Assembly (NCBI GenBank): GCA_963847705.1 | Contig: CAWKBC010000017.1 | Location: 64,001 to 128,000, forward strand | DNA from: an uncultured Pseudomonadota bacterium | GTDB lineage: Bacteria > Myxococcota_A > Polyangia > Fen-1088 | Direction of reading: 5' to 3' | Length of the DNA: 64,000 nt | In this document: positions 22,501 through 31,748 of the stretch, piece after piece | Layout of the letters: each line of letters opens with the position of its first letter | How positions within the stretch are numbered: the first letter of the stretch is position 1 | Notes under the pieces: generated by a model | The model's input: the letters and a program-made list of their open reading frames with translations, nothing else | Told to the model about the DNA's origin: nothing | Databases searched by the model: none | Position numbers and translations under genes: made by a program

Positions 22501-23294
22501 TCGATCGGTACCTCGATGGCACGGCGGAGTTCTCCGGCCTGTCCGAGCTGCCGACGGAGGACCAGGGGGTGATGGTGCTGCGGGTCGGGCCGCACGGGGG
22601 CCTCCTGACCGAGACGCCGGTGCTCCCTTCGGGCGCCAGCCGGGTCGAGCGGCGCTGGCAGGTCGCCGTCGATCTCTCGGGCGACGCGCACATCGACGAA
22701 TCGCTCTCGATCCGCGGCGCGGCGGCGGCCAACTGGCGCGAGCACTACCAGACGCCCGGCCAGCGGGCGGAGCGCTACGGGCGGGTGTGGGACGGCCGCT
22801 TCCCCGGCGCGCGGCTCGCCTCTGTCGAGATGCCGGCGATGGGCAACCGCGACGCCCCGGTGACGGTGCGCGCGGCGATCAACGTGCCGCGCTTCGGCCA
22901 GCTGTCGTCCCGAAAGTCGCTCGAGCTGCCGGTGAGCGGGCGCGATCCCGATTTCGTGCGGACCTACGCTCGCCTCTCGGCCCGGCGGCAGGACCTGGTG
23001 CTCGCCTATCCCTGGCAGCACGACGAGGAGGTGACCTATCACCTGCCGGCGGGCTGGCGGATCCTGGACGGCGGGCTCGGCGGCGAAGGCGGCCGCGAGG
23101 TCCAGAGCGCGTTCGGGCGATTCCACCTCGAGGTGAGCGCCGACGGCGACGTGGTGCGGGTGAAGTCGTTCCTGGACGTGGCGCGCGCGCGGATCGCGCC
23201 CGACGAGTACGCGCGCTTCCGCGCCTTCCTGGGGGAGATCGACGAGGCTCTCCAGACCAGGCTGGTGGTTGGCCCGGGCGAGGCGGGCTCGTGA
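19530..23294 (+). CDS. Exported TPR / DUF3857 / transglutaminase-like protein with intact Cys-His-Asp triad
   Basis: Signal peptide, TPR-like repeats, AVVLLDRRVVRV (DUF3857-like), RYVGLEFG, GDCKDKA, FDHAI, YLDGT. Confidence 0.88.
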   Translation: MVKIRAAAALVVCVVVASAARAGAQSATATAYDEVLARAGARLAAEASKPQAISALAELAALDEAVSPAALEAAVRGGLVAGAHPLVAAQAAFLLAHLCDERGASEEATSLRSGLGFLAHPYVIGPFGEGRASFRTVFPPEAEHAPPELARTYPGKTHDVAWRAGDAAVREGALYLDGLLRPDDQAVAYVAAFVHSDRQRAAALRIGSPGPVKIWVNGALVFAEDVVRPAGLDQDAAPVQLGRGWNRILIKTVVVDGAWRLYARLTAPSGAPLHLGGPAEVPPPDARWVTATVTATTAAQVRSAGKAAVASLDALLEQRARGATGEAAAGAWLDLARALAWIAPRDRDAHAAADAVQRSLTAGPTLGAYLVAAEVADTDDERRRDLERAGELPISSPWRALLLARLGELARTERREARATESFRSALVLDAGCWPAALALADQESEAALPLAALARVEALPPAVQALPRVRRAAARLYEAAGRRNASDRLLASLSDERRIEVDLLHQLATRARARGDGAEARLRLAAAAALRPDLPSLQIELARLDEGAGEGARALAGLTALAGRLPDDPSALIALGKLLHRLGRTDEALLRLRGALALRPQDPELKRYVDGLVAGDHGDPAAADELARRFAEEASSLVPLHPPTLAATGDTAVVLLDRRVVRVHKNGLSRTFAQRVVEVLTERGAEDNKEFEVHYTPGSEEVDIRQARIYRRDARGGLEVLEATDRSDEDLSEPWYGLYYDNRAEVVRFEGLRPGDVVEIQYLVDDVSNENQMSDYFGDLQYVAETIPKRRWDYTLIAPQSRPIHANVPRVARLEQKTTVDGDDRVYHFAATDIPKVDAEPAMPGTAETAPYLHVSTYATWAEVGAWYWHLVEDQLTADDDVRQTARGLVTPSMSDEARVRAVYNFVVENTRYVGLEFGIHGYKPYKVTQVLARRFGDCKDKASLLLALLREVGIDAELVLVRTRRGGRLDPQPASLAVFDHAIVYVPKLDRYLDGTAEFSGLSELPTEDQGVMVLRVGPHGGLLTETPVLPSGASRVERRWQVAVDLSGDAHIDESLSIRGAAAANWREHYQTPGQRAERYGRVWDGRFPGARLASVEMPAMGNRDAPVTVRAAINVPRFGQLSSRKSLELPVSGRDPDFVRTYARLSARRQDLVLAYPWQHDEEVTYHLPAGWRILDGGLGGEGGREVQSAFGRFHLEVSADGDVVRVKSFLDVARARIAPDEYARFRAFLGEIDEALQTRLVVGPGEAGS

Positions 23295-26200
23295 GGCGCG
23301 GCGCGCGCGCACCCGTGCGGAGGGCGACCGGCGCTGTCGAGCCGATGTTGCCGATGTTGCCGGGTTTGGCGATCTTGCCGGCGTTGGCGACCTTGGCCGG
23401 CCTGCTCACGATTTCAGGGTGCGCCACGTTGCCGCGGCGGCCGGCGCCCCTGCCCAATCCGTCGGTCGCCGGTTGGGATGCGCTGGCCGACGGCCGTCGC
23501 GCCGACGCCGCGCGGCTCTTCGCGGCCCGCCTGGCCGGGTCGCCCGGAGATCCCGTGGCGCTCCTGGGCCGCGCCACCATCGCCTACGAGCGGGGCGAGA
23601 GCCTGGCCGCGCTCGCCGACGATGTCGCGCTGTTGACCGCGCTCGCCGCCACGCCGGACGCAGCCTCCGCCCCCCTGGCCGAGGTGGCGGCGGGCCGGGT
23701 GCGCGATCTGTGGGATGAGCTCGCACCGGCCGACCGCACCCGGATCGCCTCGATGTTGCGCCCGGTCGAGCTGGCGCGCGCACCCGCGCTCCCCTGGTTG
23801 GCGCGCGTCGAGCTGGCCCGCCTCGGGGATGAGATCGCCCGCCAGGCCGACGACGCCGAGGCGCTCGCTCGGGCGGCGCGCAAGGACGGCTGCGCGCGGT
23901 TGGCGTTCGAGGTCGGATCGCTCGGCCCGTTCGCGCACCTCGACCTCGATCGCGGGGCGGTGGCCGCGGCGCGCGCGCCCGGGGCCTGGCGGGCGCTCAC
24001 CGCGTCGGGCTGTCACCTCGACATCCCCCTGTCGGCGGACGGGCGACCGGACGCGCGCCTCCTGCGTGCGGCCATCGAGGTGCCCGCAGGCGACTATGAG
24101 ATCGCCCTCGAATTTTCAGACGAGGCGCGACTGGAGATCGACGGCGTCGCGGTGTCCGCTCCTGGATCGGCGCGACGCTACAGCCCCCATCTCTCTGCGG
24201 CGCGCGTCTCGCTGGCGGCCGGGCGACACGAGCTGACCCTGCGGATCGCCACAGCTGCGGGCGAAACGCGGCTGGGACTGTTCGTGTTGCCGCTCGCTGG
24301 CGACGGGGGGGCCGAGGGGAATGGCGCCGGCCCGGTCGCCTTCGTCGATCCGCGCGTGGCGAGATCGCCGTCGGACAGGGCCGCGCCGGCGGTGCTCCGG
24401 CCGGAGCTGGCGGCGCCGCGGCCGGCCAGCGCGCCCGGGGACGAACGCGGAAGAGATGCGTTGCGCGACTACTGTGACGCCTTCGCCGCCGCCCGGCGCG
24501 GCGCGATCGACGACGTGGCGACGGGGCTCGAACGTCTGGCGGCGCGGCCTCGCTTCGCGGTCGGGCTGGCGCTGGCCGGGGAGATCGCACGCGACGATCC
24601 CACCCGCCCAGCGCCGTTCGCGCGCGATGCCGCTCGCCGCTGCCTGCACCAGGCCGTGGCCGTCGATCCCCAGCTCGGGCGCGCCTGGCAGACGCTGGCC
24701 GCGCTGGAGATGGACGACGATCGTTCGCGCGAAGCCATGGCCGACGCGCGCCGGGCGGGCAGCGCAGCCCCCGGCTGGTGGGCGCCCCAGCTCCTGCTGG
24801 CCCGACTGCTCGGGGCGCGCGGCCTCGACTTCGACGCCGCCGGCGCGCTGGCGCAGGCCGCCGCCAAGAGTCCCGGCGCGGCGACCCCTTGCCCCGTGCT
24901 CGAGGCGCAGCGACGCGAAGCGGAGGAGCGTCGGCAGCTGTCGCGCGAGGAGTCTTTGAGCGCCGCGCTGGTTCAGTGCGGGGGCGACATCGATGCCCGC
25001 GTCGACCGCCATCGCGCGCGCGGCCAGACCGCGGAGGCGATCGCGCTTCTGCGGCGCGCGCTCCGGCTCGATCCCGAGCGCGACGATCTGACCGGGGAGC
25101 TGGCGCTTCTTCTCTCGGAGGACGGACGCGCGGCGGAGGCCGTCGCCGAGCTGACCGCGCTGGTGGCGCGCGATCCCCAGGACCCCACCCGCCGGGTGCG
25201 GCTGGCGGATGCACAGGTGGCAGCCGGTCAGCTCGAGGCGGCGCGCCGCACCATCGCCGACGTGCTGGCCGTGCGGCCCGACGTGCCCGAGGTGCGCCGG
25301 TCGGCGCGCGCGCTGGGCCTCCCGCTGCCGCTCGACGGTTTCCGGGTCGACGGGCGCGCCGCCATTCGCAGGTTCGAGGCGGCGGGTGGGCAGTACGCCG
25401 CGCCGGCGGTGATGGTGCTCGATCGCGCGGTCACCCGCGTGTTCGGCAGCGGCGCCACCATGAGCCTCACCCACGAGATCGTGCGCGTCGACAGCAAGGA
25501 CGCCATCGATCGCTGGGGCGAGATCGAGGTCCCCGCGGGGGCCGAGATCTTGACCCTGCGCACCCACAAGTCCGACGGGACCACGCGCGAGCCTGAGGAG
25601 ATCGCCGGCAAGGAGAGCGTCTCCGCGGCAGATCTGGCGATCGGCGACTACGTGGAGTGGGAGCTGCTGGAGACGCACGGGCCGTCGGAGGCGTTCGCGC
25701 CGGGGTTTCTCGCCGAGCGCTTCTTCTTCCAGTCGTTCGACGCCCCGATCGCGCGCAGCGAGCTCGAGCTGGTGACCCCGGCCGGGCTCCCCCTGGCCTT
25801 CGATGCGCGGGCGGGGGCGCCCAAGCCGGAGAAGCGTCTGTCGGCGGACGGCGCGCAGCTCACCACCTTCGTGGCCACCAACGTTCCACAGCTCTTCGCC
25901 GAGAGCTCGGCCGTCCCGGCGATCGAATACGTCCCCTCCGTCCGCGCGTCGAGCGGGGTGGGCTGGGACGCCTGGGCCCGCTACCTGACCGAGGAGCTGC
26001 ACGACGCGATCCGCGTCTCGCCCGAGGTGGCCGCGCTGGCCAGGAGAATCGGGGCCCCGGCGGGCGGCGATCGCGCGCGCCTGGCCGCCGCCATCGTCGA
26101 CTGGGTCACGGAGAACATCGAGGCGACCGACGAGCTGGCGGAGCCCGCCGGCTACACGCTGGCGCGGGGCCGCGGCAGCCGGGTGACCCTGACGCTGGCC

Positions 26201-27202
26201 CTGGCCGCGGAGCTGGGCCTTCCGGCCGAGGTGGTGCTGGCCCGGTCGCGCCTGGTGGCCGACGCAGGGGCCGCGACGCCGCCGCAGGAGCTGGACGACT
26301 TCGCCGACACACTGGTGGCGTTCGACCTGGCGCCGAAGCCGGTCTACAGCGATCTCCGCCTGCGCCACGCGGCGTTCGGCTACGTCCCTCCCGGGCTCGA
26401 CGGCGCCCGCACGCTCAGCCTGCGCGACGGTTCTTTCGGCGTGGCCCGCAGCTCCGCCGGCGAGGATCGACGGACCATCGACATGACCATCCGCCTCGAC
26501 GAACGGGGCGGCGGATCGGCGGTGGCGACAGAGGAGCTGGCCGGGTGGCCGGCGCTCGAGTGGGCCGATCTGGTGGACAGGTTCGGCGCCGATCGCGTTC
26601 GCCTGCGCGAGGACTTCGAGCAGCGGTGGCTGGGGGTGCAGTTTCCGGGCGCGCGGCTGCGCGACCTGGAGGTCGATCTGCCGCGTGACGCCTCCGGCCG
26701 GGTCGGCACCGCGCGCGTGCGCTACTCGTTCGTCAGCGCGCACCTCGCGGTCGCGGTCTCCGGCGGCGGAGCAAGTGGCCCCGATCGCGGGGCGGGCTCC
26801 CGCGAGATGCGCATCGCGCCCACCTTCTTCCGCTCGCAGCCGGGGCGCCGGTTCGCCGCCGAGCCCCAGCGCTCGACGGCGTTGATGCTCGGCTTCGACG
26901 TCCCGATCCGGATGACCGCCACGGTGGAGCTGCCGGGCGCCGCGCGGCTCGACGCGCCCGGGACGCCGGGCGATCTGGTGGTCTCCCGCGCGGGCGGCTA
27001 TCGCTTCGTCGAGGCGCGCGACGTCGAGCCCGGGCGCCCCAACGTGATCGTGCTCCGCCGTGAATCCACATTGCCGATCATGCGCGTCGCCCCCGGCGAG
27101 TACGCTGGGGTGGCCGCCGATCTGCGGCGCGTCGACGGGGCCGAGCAGGCGGAGATCCGGATCCGGCTCGGCGCCGTCGGTCACGGGACCGGTGGGCATT
27201 GA
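23291..27202 (+). CDS. Second TPR / DUF3857-like lipoprotein with degenerate transglutaminase site
   Basis: GTGA overlap with the upstream stop (alternative ATG 23345); lipobox TISGC; AVMVLDRAVTRV; the Cys position reads GSRV. Confidence 0.8.
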   Translation: MRRGARAPVRRATGAVEPMLPMLPGLAILPALATLAGLLTISGCATLPRRPAPLPNPSVAGWDALADGRRADAARLFAARLAGSPGDPVALLGRATIAYERGESLAALADDVALLTALAATPDAASAPLAEVAAGRVRDLWDELAPADRTRIASMLRPVELARAPALPWLARVELARLGDEIARQADDAEALARAARKDGCARLAFEVGSLGPFAHLDLDRGAVAAARAPGAWRALTASGCHLDIPLSADGRPDARLLRAAIEVPAGDYEIALEFSDEARLEIDGVAVSAPGSARRYSPHLSAARVSLAAGRHELTLRIATAAGETRLGLFVLPLAGDGGAEGNGAGPVAFVDPRVARSPSDRAAPAVLRPELAAPRPASAPGDERGRDALRDYCDAFAAARRGAIDDVATGLERLAARPRFAVGLALAGEIARDDPTRPAPFARDAARRCLHQAVAVDPQLGRAWQTLAALEMDDDRSREAMADARRAGSAAPGWWAPQLLLARLLGARGLDFDAAGALAQAAAKSPGAATPCPVLEAQRREAEERRQLSREESLSAALVQCGGDIDARVDRHRARGQTAEAIALLRRALRLDPERDDLTGELALLLSEDGRAAEAVAELTALVARDPQDPTRRVRLADAQVAAGQLEAARRTIADVLAVRPDVPEVRRSARALGLPLPLDGFRVDGRAAIRRFEAAGGQYAAPAVMVLDRAVTRVFGSGATMSLTHEIVRVDSKDAIDRWGEIEVPAGAEILTLRTHKSDGTTREPEEIAGKESVSAADLAIGDYVEWELLETHGPSEAFAPGFLAERFFFQSFDAPIARSELELVTPAGLPLAFDARAGAPKPEKRLSADGAQLTTFVATNVPQLFAESSAVPAIEYVPSVRASSGVGWDAWARYLTEELHDAIRVSPEVAALARRIGAPAGGDRARLAAAIVDWVTENIEATDELAEPAGYTLARGRGSRVTLTLALAAELGLPAEVVLARSRLVADAGAATPPQELDDFADTLVAFDLAPKPVYSDLRLRHAAFGYVPPGLDGARTLSLRDGSFGVARSSAGEDRRTIDMTIRLDERGGGSAVATEELAGWPALEWADLVDRFGADRVRLREDFEQRWLGVQFPGARLRDLEVDLPRDASGRVGTARVRYSFVSAHLAVAVSGGGASGPDRGAGSREMRIAPTFFRSQPGRRFAAEPQRSTALMLGFDVPIRMTATVELPGAARLDAPGTPGDLVVSRAGGYRFVEARDVEPGRPNVIVLRRESTLPIMRVAPGEYAGVAADLRRVDGAEQAEIRIRLGAVGHGTGGH

Positions 27203-28773
27203 GAGCGGCGTCGCGACTGGGGGGACTCACGCTCGTCTGCCTGCTCGGCGCCTGCAAGAGCACCCAGCCGCTGCCGGGCGGCCCCGCCGATCGGCTGGTG
27301 GTGGCCCGCTCGACCGACGCGGTCAGCCTGGATCCGGCGCGGACCAACGATCTCGAGTCGCTGGAGGTGGCCGAGCAGGTCTATGGACGGCTGGTCCGAT
27401 TCTCACCGGGGCGGCTCGAGCCAGAGCCCGATCTGGCCACCAGCTGGTCGGTCAGCGCCGACGGCACCGTCTGGACCTTCGAGCTGCGCCCCGACATGCA
27501 CTTTCAGGACGGGACCCCGGTCGACGCCGAGGCGGTGGTGTTCTCGTTCGAGCGGCAGATCGTCCCCGAGCATCCGCACCACGAGCCCGACTTCGTCTGG
27601 ACCCGCGCCTATCACAACATCCGGCGCGTGCGCGCCGACGGCCCGCTGCGGGTGCAGTTCGAGATCGATCGCCCCTACGCACCGTTCCTGGCCAACCTGG
27701 CGATGGGCCCGGCGGCGATCGTCTCGCCGACGGCGGTGAAGAAGTGGGGGCACGACTTCGGGCGCCACCCGGTCGGCTCGGGACCCTACCGCTTCGTCGA
27801 GTGGATCCCCGGCGACCGCATCACGCTCGAGCGCAACCCGACCTACTGGGATCAGCCGGCCCGCACGCGCTACCTGGTCCTCCTGGCGATGCCCGATTCC
27901 AAGCAGCGGCTGCAGGCGCTGGAGTCGGGCGCCGCCGACGTGATCCAGCAGCTGGCGCCCGATGATCTGCCGCTCGTGCGCCTGCATCCGGATCTGCGGC
28001 TGGCGATGGCGCCGGCGGCGCTGGTCTCCTACCTGGCGATGAACACACAGCGGCGGCCGCTCAACGATCCGCGCATTCGTCGGGCGATCGCCCACGCCAT
28101 CCGCACCGAGGCGCTGGTGAAGCTCATCTACCAGGGGCTCGGCATCCCGGCGATCGGCCCGCTGCCGCCCAACGTCTGGGGGGCGCGCTCCGACGTGGTG
28201 ACCTATCCGTACAATCCGGCCAAGGCGCGCGCTCTCCTGGCCGAGGCCGGCTGGCAGGGGGATCGGGAGGCGCCGCTCAAGCTGTTCGCCCCCTCGGCGC
28301 CCAGCCAGTTCATGCCGGCCCCGGCGCGGGTGGCCGACATCATCAAGCACTGTCTGGCCGAGGTGGGGATCAAGGTCGACGTCATCCTCAGCGATCCGGC
28401 CGACCACCAGCGGGCGCTCTGGGCCGGCGAGCACGATCTGGCGCTGCACGGCTGGTTCAACGACAACGGCGATCCGGACAGTTTTCTCTACACCCTGCTC
28501 GACTCGGACAACACCACCGGCACCCGGCCGTCGAACATCGCGTTCTACAGCAACGGGTGGTTTCACGACGTCATCGGCATGGCGCAACGAACGACCGATC
28601 GCACCGAGCGCGAGCGGCTCTACTCGCAGGCGCAGGCGATCCTGGCCATCGACGTCCCCTGGGTGCCGCTGGCGCACTCGAAGGTGGTGTTCGCCGAGCG
28701 GACCAACATCCGGGGCCTGGTGGTGCAGCCGTCGGCGATGGGTCTCTACCGCTTCGCGGAGCACGTGCAGTGA
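27199..28773 (+). CDS. Family 5 (DppA/OppA-like) solute-binding lipoprotein, no cognate permease nearby
   Basis: Lipobox LGAC; LDPA, LATSWSVSADG..WTFELR, PVGSGPYRF, LERNPTYW. Confidence 0.92.
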   Translation: MRAASRLGGLTLVCLLGACKSTQPLPGGPADRLVVARSTDAVSLDPARTNDLESLEVAEQVYGRLVRFSPGRLEPEPDLATSWSVSADGTVWTFELRPDMHFQDGTPVDAEAVVFSFERQIVPEHPHHEPDFVWTRAYHNIRRVRADGPLRVQFEIDRPYAPFLANLAMGPAAIVSPTAVKKWGHDFGRHPVGSGPYRFVEWIPGDRITLERNPTYWDQPARTRYLVLLAMPDSKQRLQALESGAADVIQQLAPDDLPLVRLHPDLRLAMAPAALVSYLAMNTQRRPLNDPRIRRAIAHAIRTEALVKLIYQGLGIPAIGPLPPNVWGARSDVVTYPYNPAKARALLAEAGWQGDREAPLKLFAPSAPSQFMPAPARVADIIKHCLAEVGIKVDVILSDPADHQRALWAGEHDLALHGWFNDNGDPDSFLYTLLDSDNTTGTRPSNIAFYSNGWFHDVIGMAQRTTDRTERERLYSQAQAILAIDVPWVPLAHSKVVFAERTNIRGLVVQPSAMGLYRFAEHVQ

Positions 28774-31748
28774 AGCCGGGACGGTCGTACTGGGGCGGCG
28801 GAAAGGGCTCGGCCAAGGCCTCCGGTCCGACACCGGCCGGCGATTCGCGCCGCTACAAATCCTCCAGCGGGAACCTTCGCGCCTCGGCGATGTACCGCCC
28901 GCCCGAGTGGCTGGGGCGCGGCAGCTCGAACTGGACGCTGCAGTCGGTGGCGCAGCCGCTGCACCGCCAGGGCCTGCGCCGACGCCTCCGCTCCGCCCTC
29001 ATCGTCGCGGCGCTCGCGCCGGTCATCGTCGTCTCGGTCGTCGCGGTGGCGCTCATCTTTTCCAGCGTCGAGCAGGGGATCAGGTTCGAGGCCGAGCGCG
29101 GGCTGCAGGTCGCGCGCGGCCTCTTCCTGGGGCAGGTGCAGGAGGTGGCGGCGGGGGCGGCGGCGCTGGGGGCCGACGCCGAGCTGCTGGCGGCCAGCGC
29201 CGCCTCCGACCGAAGCAGGATTCGCACCCGGCTGGGCGCGCTGTCGGCGGCGACGCCAGGGTCGCTGTTCGAGATCACCGACGCGAGCGGGCGGATCGTG
29301 GCCCGTTGCTCGCGCGGGGCTTGCGACGAGCTGCTCACCGGCGCGGGGCGCGCCGGGCTGGAGCCGGCCGCGCGCTCGCCGGTCATCCTGCGCGCGCTCG
29401 ACTACGAGCGGACCGTCTCCATCGAGAGCGCCCACGATCGCCTGGTGGTGCGCGCCGCGCTGCCGCTCACCGACCCGGCGCTGCGCCTCCTCGGCGCGGT
29501 GGTGGTGACGGTGCCGATCGACTGGACGGTGGTCGATCGCCTGAAGGCGGCGCTGGGCGCCGGGCGCGAGGTGGTGGTCTACGTCGGCCGCGATCCCAAC
29601 TCGTCGACGTTCATGGCGGCCACGGGCGCGCGGCTGGTCGGCCCCACGCTGCCGCACGGGTTTCGTGTCTCGGGGCCGGGGAGCGCCACCTCGGTCGCGC
29701 CGATGGAGGTCGACGGGCACGAGTACTCGGTGGCCTTCGGCCAGCTTCAGGACGTCAACGCCGTTTCGGTCGGTCTGCTCGGGGTGGCCGTCGATCGCGA
29801 ACCGCTGCTGCTGGGGTTCCGGCGCGCCATCGCCACGCTGGTCTCGGGCGTGCTGGCCACGCTGCTGCTGGCCATCGTCCTGTCGAACCTGCTGACGCGG
29901 CGGATGACCCGGCCGCTGCAGGATCTGCACGCCGGCGCGCTGGCCATCGCGCGCGGGGATCTCGACACCAGCATCTCGGTCGACACTCTCGACGAGATCG
30001 GCGATCTGGCCGAGGCGTTCCGGATCATGACCCGCAGCCTCAAGGAGAACCAGGAGGGGCTGGCGGCGCGCGTGCGCGAGCTGGTCACGGTTCACCAGGT
30101 CGGGCGCGCGGTCAGCACGGTCGTCGATCTCGGGCAGGTGCTCCGCTCCGTCGCCACCGAGGTGCTCAACGTCCTCGGCGGCAAGACCGCGGCCATCGCG
30201 CTGGCGATCGGTGCCGATCCACCGGAGTTCGTGGTGCGCGCGGTGGCGGGCGACGAGGTCGGCGGCCGGCTCGCCAGGTTGGCCGCCGCGGTCTCCGCGC
30301 TGGGGCGTCCGCGCCGCACGCCGGCCGTGGAGGCCGATCCGCAGCTGATGGAAGCCGCGCTCTCCGCCGGGCTGACCGGGCCGGTGATCGCGGCGCCGCT
30401 GACGCTCAAGGAACGTCTGGTCGGCGTGATCGTGATCGGGCGGCTCGGCGAATCACCGTTCGGCGAGGCCGACCTGCGCCTGCTGGTCACCTTCGCCGAT
30501 CAGACCGCCACCGCCATCGAGAACGCCCGTCTCTACACCGAGGTGCGCGCCTTCTCCGAGGTGCTGGAGGCGCGGGTGCGGGCCCGCACCGCCGAGCTCG
30601 AGAAGGCCAACACCGAGATCGAACGGACGCTGCACGAGCTCGGCGAGGCGCAAGGGCAGCTCATCCATTCAGAGAAGATGGCCGGCCTGGGGATGCTGGT
30701 GGCCGGCATCGCGCACGAGGTGAACTCTCCGGCCGCCGCCGTGCAGGGGCTGGTCGACGCGCTGGCCGAGACCGTCCGCCGGCTGGGCCACAGCGCGCAG
30801 GCCATCAGCGCGCTGGAGCTCCCGCCGCCCTCCATCAACCGCTTCTTCGAGCTCATGGACAGCCTCTTGCCCGAGATGATCGCGGCGCCGCTGATGACGT
30901 CGATCGAGGCGCGCCAGCAGGCGCGCCGGCTGCGCACCGTCTTCTCGGGCGTCGACGGTGCCGCGGAGGCGGCCGCCATGCTGGCCGAGGTGGGCACCAT
31001 CGGCGAGCGCGTCGCTCCCGAGCTGCGCGCGCTGGTCGGCGACAAGAGTCTGGCGCCGCTGGCCGGTTACCTGCGCGAGGTTGCCTTTTTGGCGCGCACC
31101 GCCGGCACGATCCGGACCGCCATCGGCTCCATCCGACGGATCGTCGGCGCGCTCAAGAGATACTCCCGATTGGACGAAGCACCTCTCGAGCGCGTCGATG
31201 TCCATGCGGGAATCGAGGACACCCTGGTGATCCTCTCGCATCAGTTGAAGTACGGAGAAAATGGCGTTAATGTGAGGAGATCATTTGGGTCGTTGCCAGC
31301 AATATCGGCATATGTAGGTGAGCTAAACCAGGTGTGGACGAACCTGATCCACAACGCGATACAGGCCATGGACGGGCGGGGCGAGATTCTCATTGAGACC
31401 AAGGCGGAGAACCGGGACGTGATCGTCGGGATCGAGGACACGGGTCCCGGGATTCCAGCGGACGTCGCGGAGCGGATCTTCGAGCCGTTCTTCACCACCA
31501 AGGCGAAGGGCGAGGGGACCGGTCTCGGTCTCAGCATCTGCGCGCGCATCGTCGAGAAGCACGGCGGCACGATCCGGGTCGACAGCAAGCCTGGGCGGAC
31601 GCGGTTCGAGGTCCGCCTGCCGGTCGAGGGGCCAGCCCCCGCGCCGGTGCCGGTGAAGGAGGCCGCGGTCGGCGCCTGGCCGTCGTGGTCGGATGATTCC
31701 AGGCAGTCAGATTCCAAGCAGTCAGATTCCAAGAAGGAGCGCGCGTGA
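28770..31748 (+). CDS. Sensor histidine kinase (extracytoplasmic Cache-like region, HAMP, GAF, HisKA, HATPase)
   Basis: Two TMs, HAMP DEIGDLAEAF, GAF (APLT..ERLVGVI...F.EADLRLL.TFADQ.A.AIENARL), AHEVNSP, NQVWTNLIHNA, GTGLGL. Start GTG 28770 or ATG 28890. Confidence 0.92.
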   Translation: MKPGRSYWGGGKGSAKASGPTPAGDSRRYKSSSGNLRASAMYRPPEWLGRGSSNWTLQSVAQPLHRQGLRRRLRSALIVAALAPVIVVSVVAVALIFSSVEQGIRFEAERGLQVARGLFLGQVQEVAAGAAALGADAELLAASAASDRSRIRTRLGALSAATPGSLFEITDASGRIVARCSRGACDELLTGAGRAGLEPAARSPVILRALDYERTVSIESAHDRLVVRAALPLTDPALRLLGAVVVTVPIDWTVVDRLKAALGAGREVVVYVGRDPNSSTFMAATGARLVGPTLPHGFRVSGPGSATSVAPMEVDGHEYSVAFGQLQDVNAVSVGLLGVAVDREPLLLGFRRAIATLVSGVLATLLLAIVLSNLLTRRMTRPLQDLHAGALAIARGDLDTSISVDTLDEIGDLAEAFRIMTRSLKENQEGLAARVRELVTVHQVGRAVSTVVDLGQVLRSVATEVLNVLGGKTAAIALAIGADPPEFVVRAVAGDEVGGRLARLAAAVSALGRPRRTPAVEADPQLMEAALSAGLTGPVIAAPLTLKERLVGVIVIGRLGESPFGEADLRLLVTFADQTATAIENARLYTEVRAFSEVLEARVRARTAELEKANTEIERTLHELGEAQGQLIHSEKMAGLGMLVAGIAHEVNSPAAAVQGLVDALAETVRRLGHSAQAISALELPPPSINRFFELMDSLLPEMIAAPLMTSIEARQQARRLRTVFSGVDGAAEAAAMLAEVGTIGERVAPELRALVGDKSLAPLAGYLREVAFLARTAGTIRTAIGSIRRIVGALKRYSRLDEAPLERVDVHAGIEDTLVILSHQLKYGENGVNVRRSFGSLPAISAYVGELNQVWTNLIHNAIQAMDGRGEILIETKAENRDVIVGIEDTGPGIPADVAERIFEPFFTTKAKGEGTGLGLSICARIVEKHGGTIRVDSKPGRTRFEVRLPVEGPAPAPVPVKEAAVGAWPSWSDDSRQSDSKQSDSKKERA

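Noticed and set aside
19512-27199. Very long antisense ORFs (e.g. 19512-23312, 24116-27199, also 5762-8248, 11040-13505, 46740-49337)
   Set aside because: Shadow frames of real genes in high-GC DNA; Arg/Gly/Pro-rich with no recognisable motifs.
31695-31733. 15-bp repeat GATTCCARGCAGTCA x2.6
   Set aside because: In-frame low-complexity tail (SDSKQ) of the kinase, likely neutral slippage.
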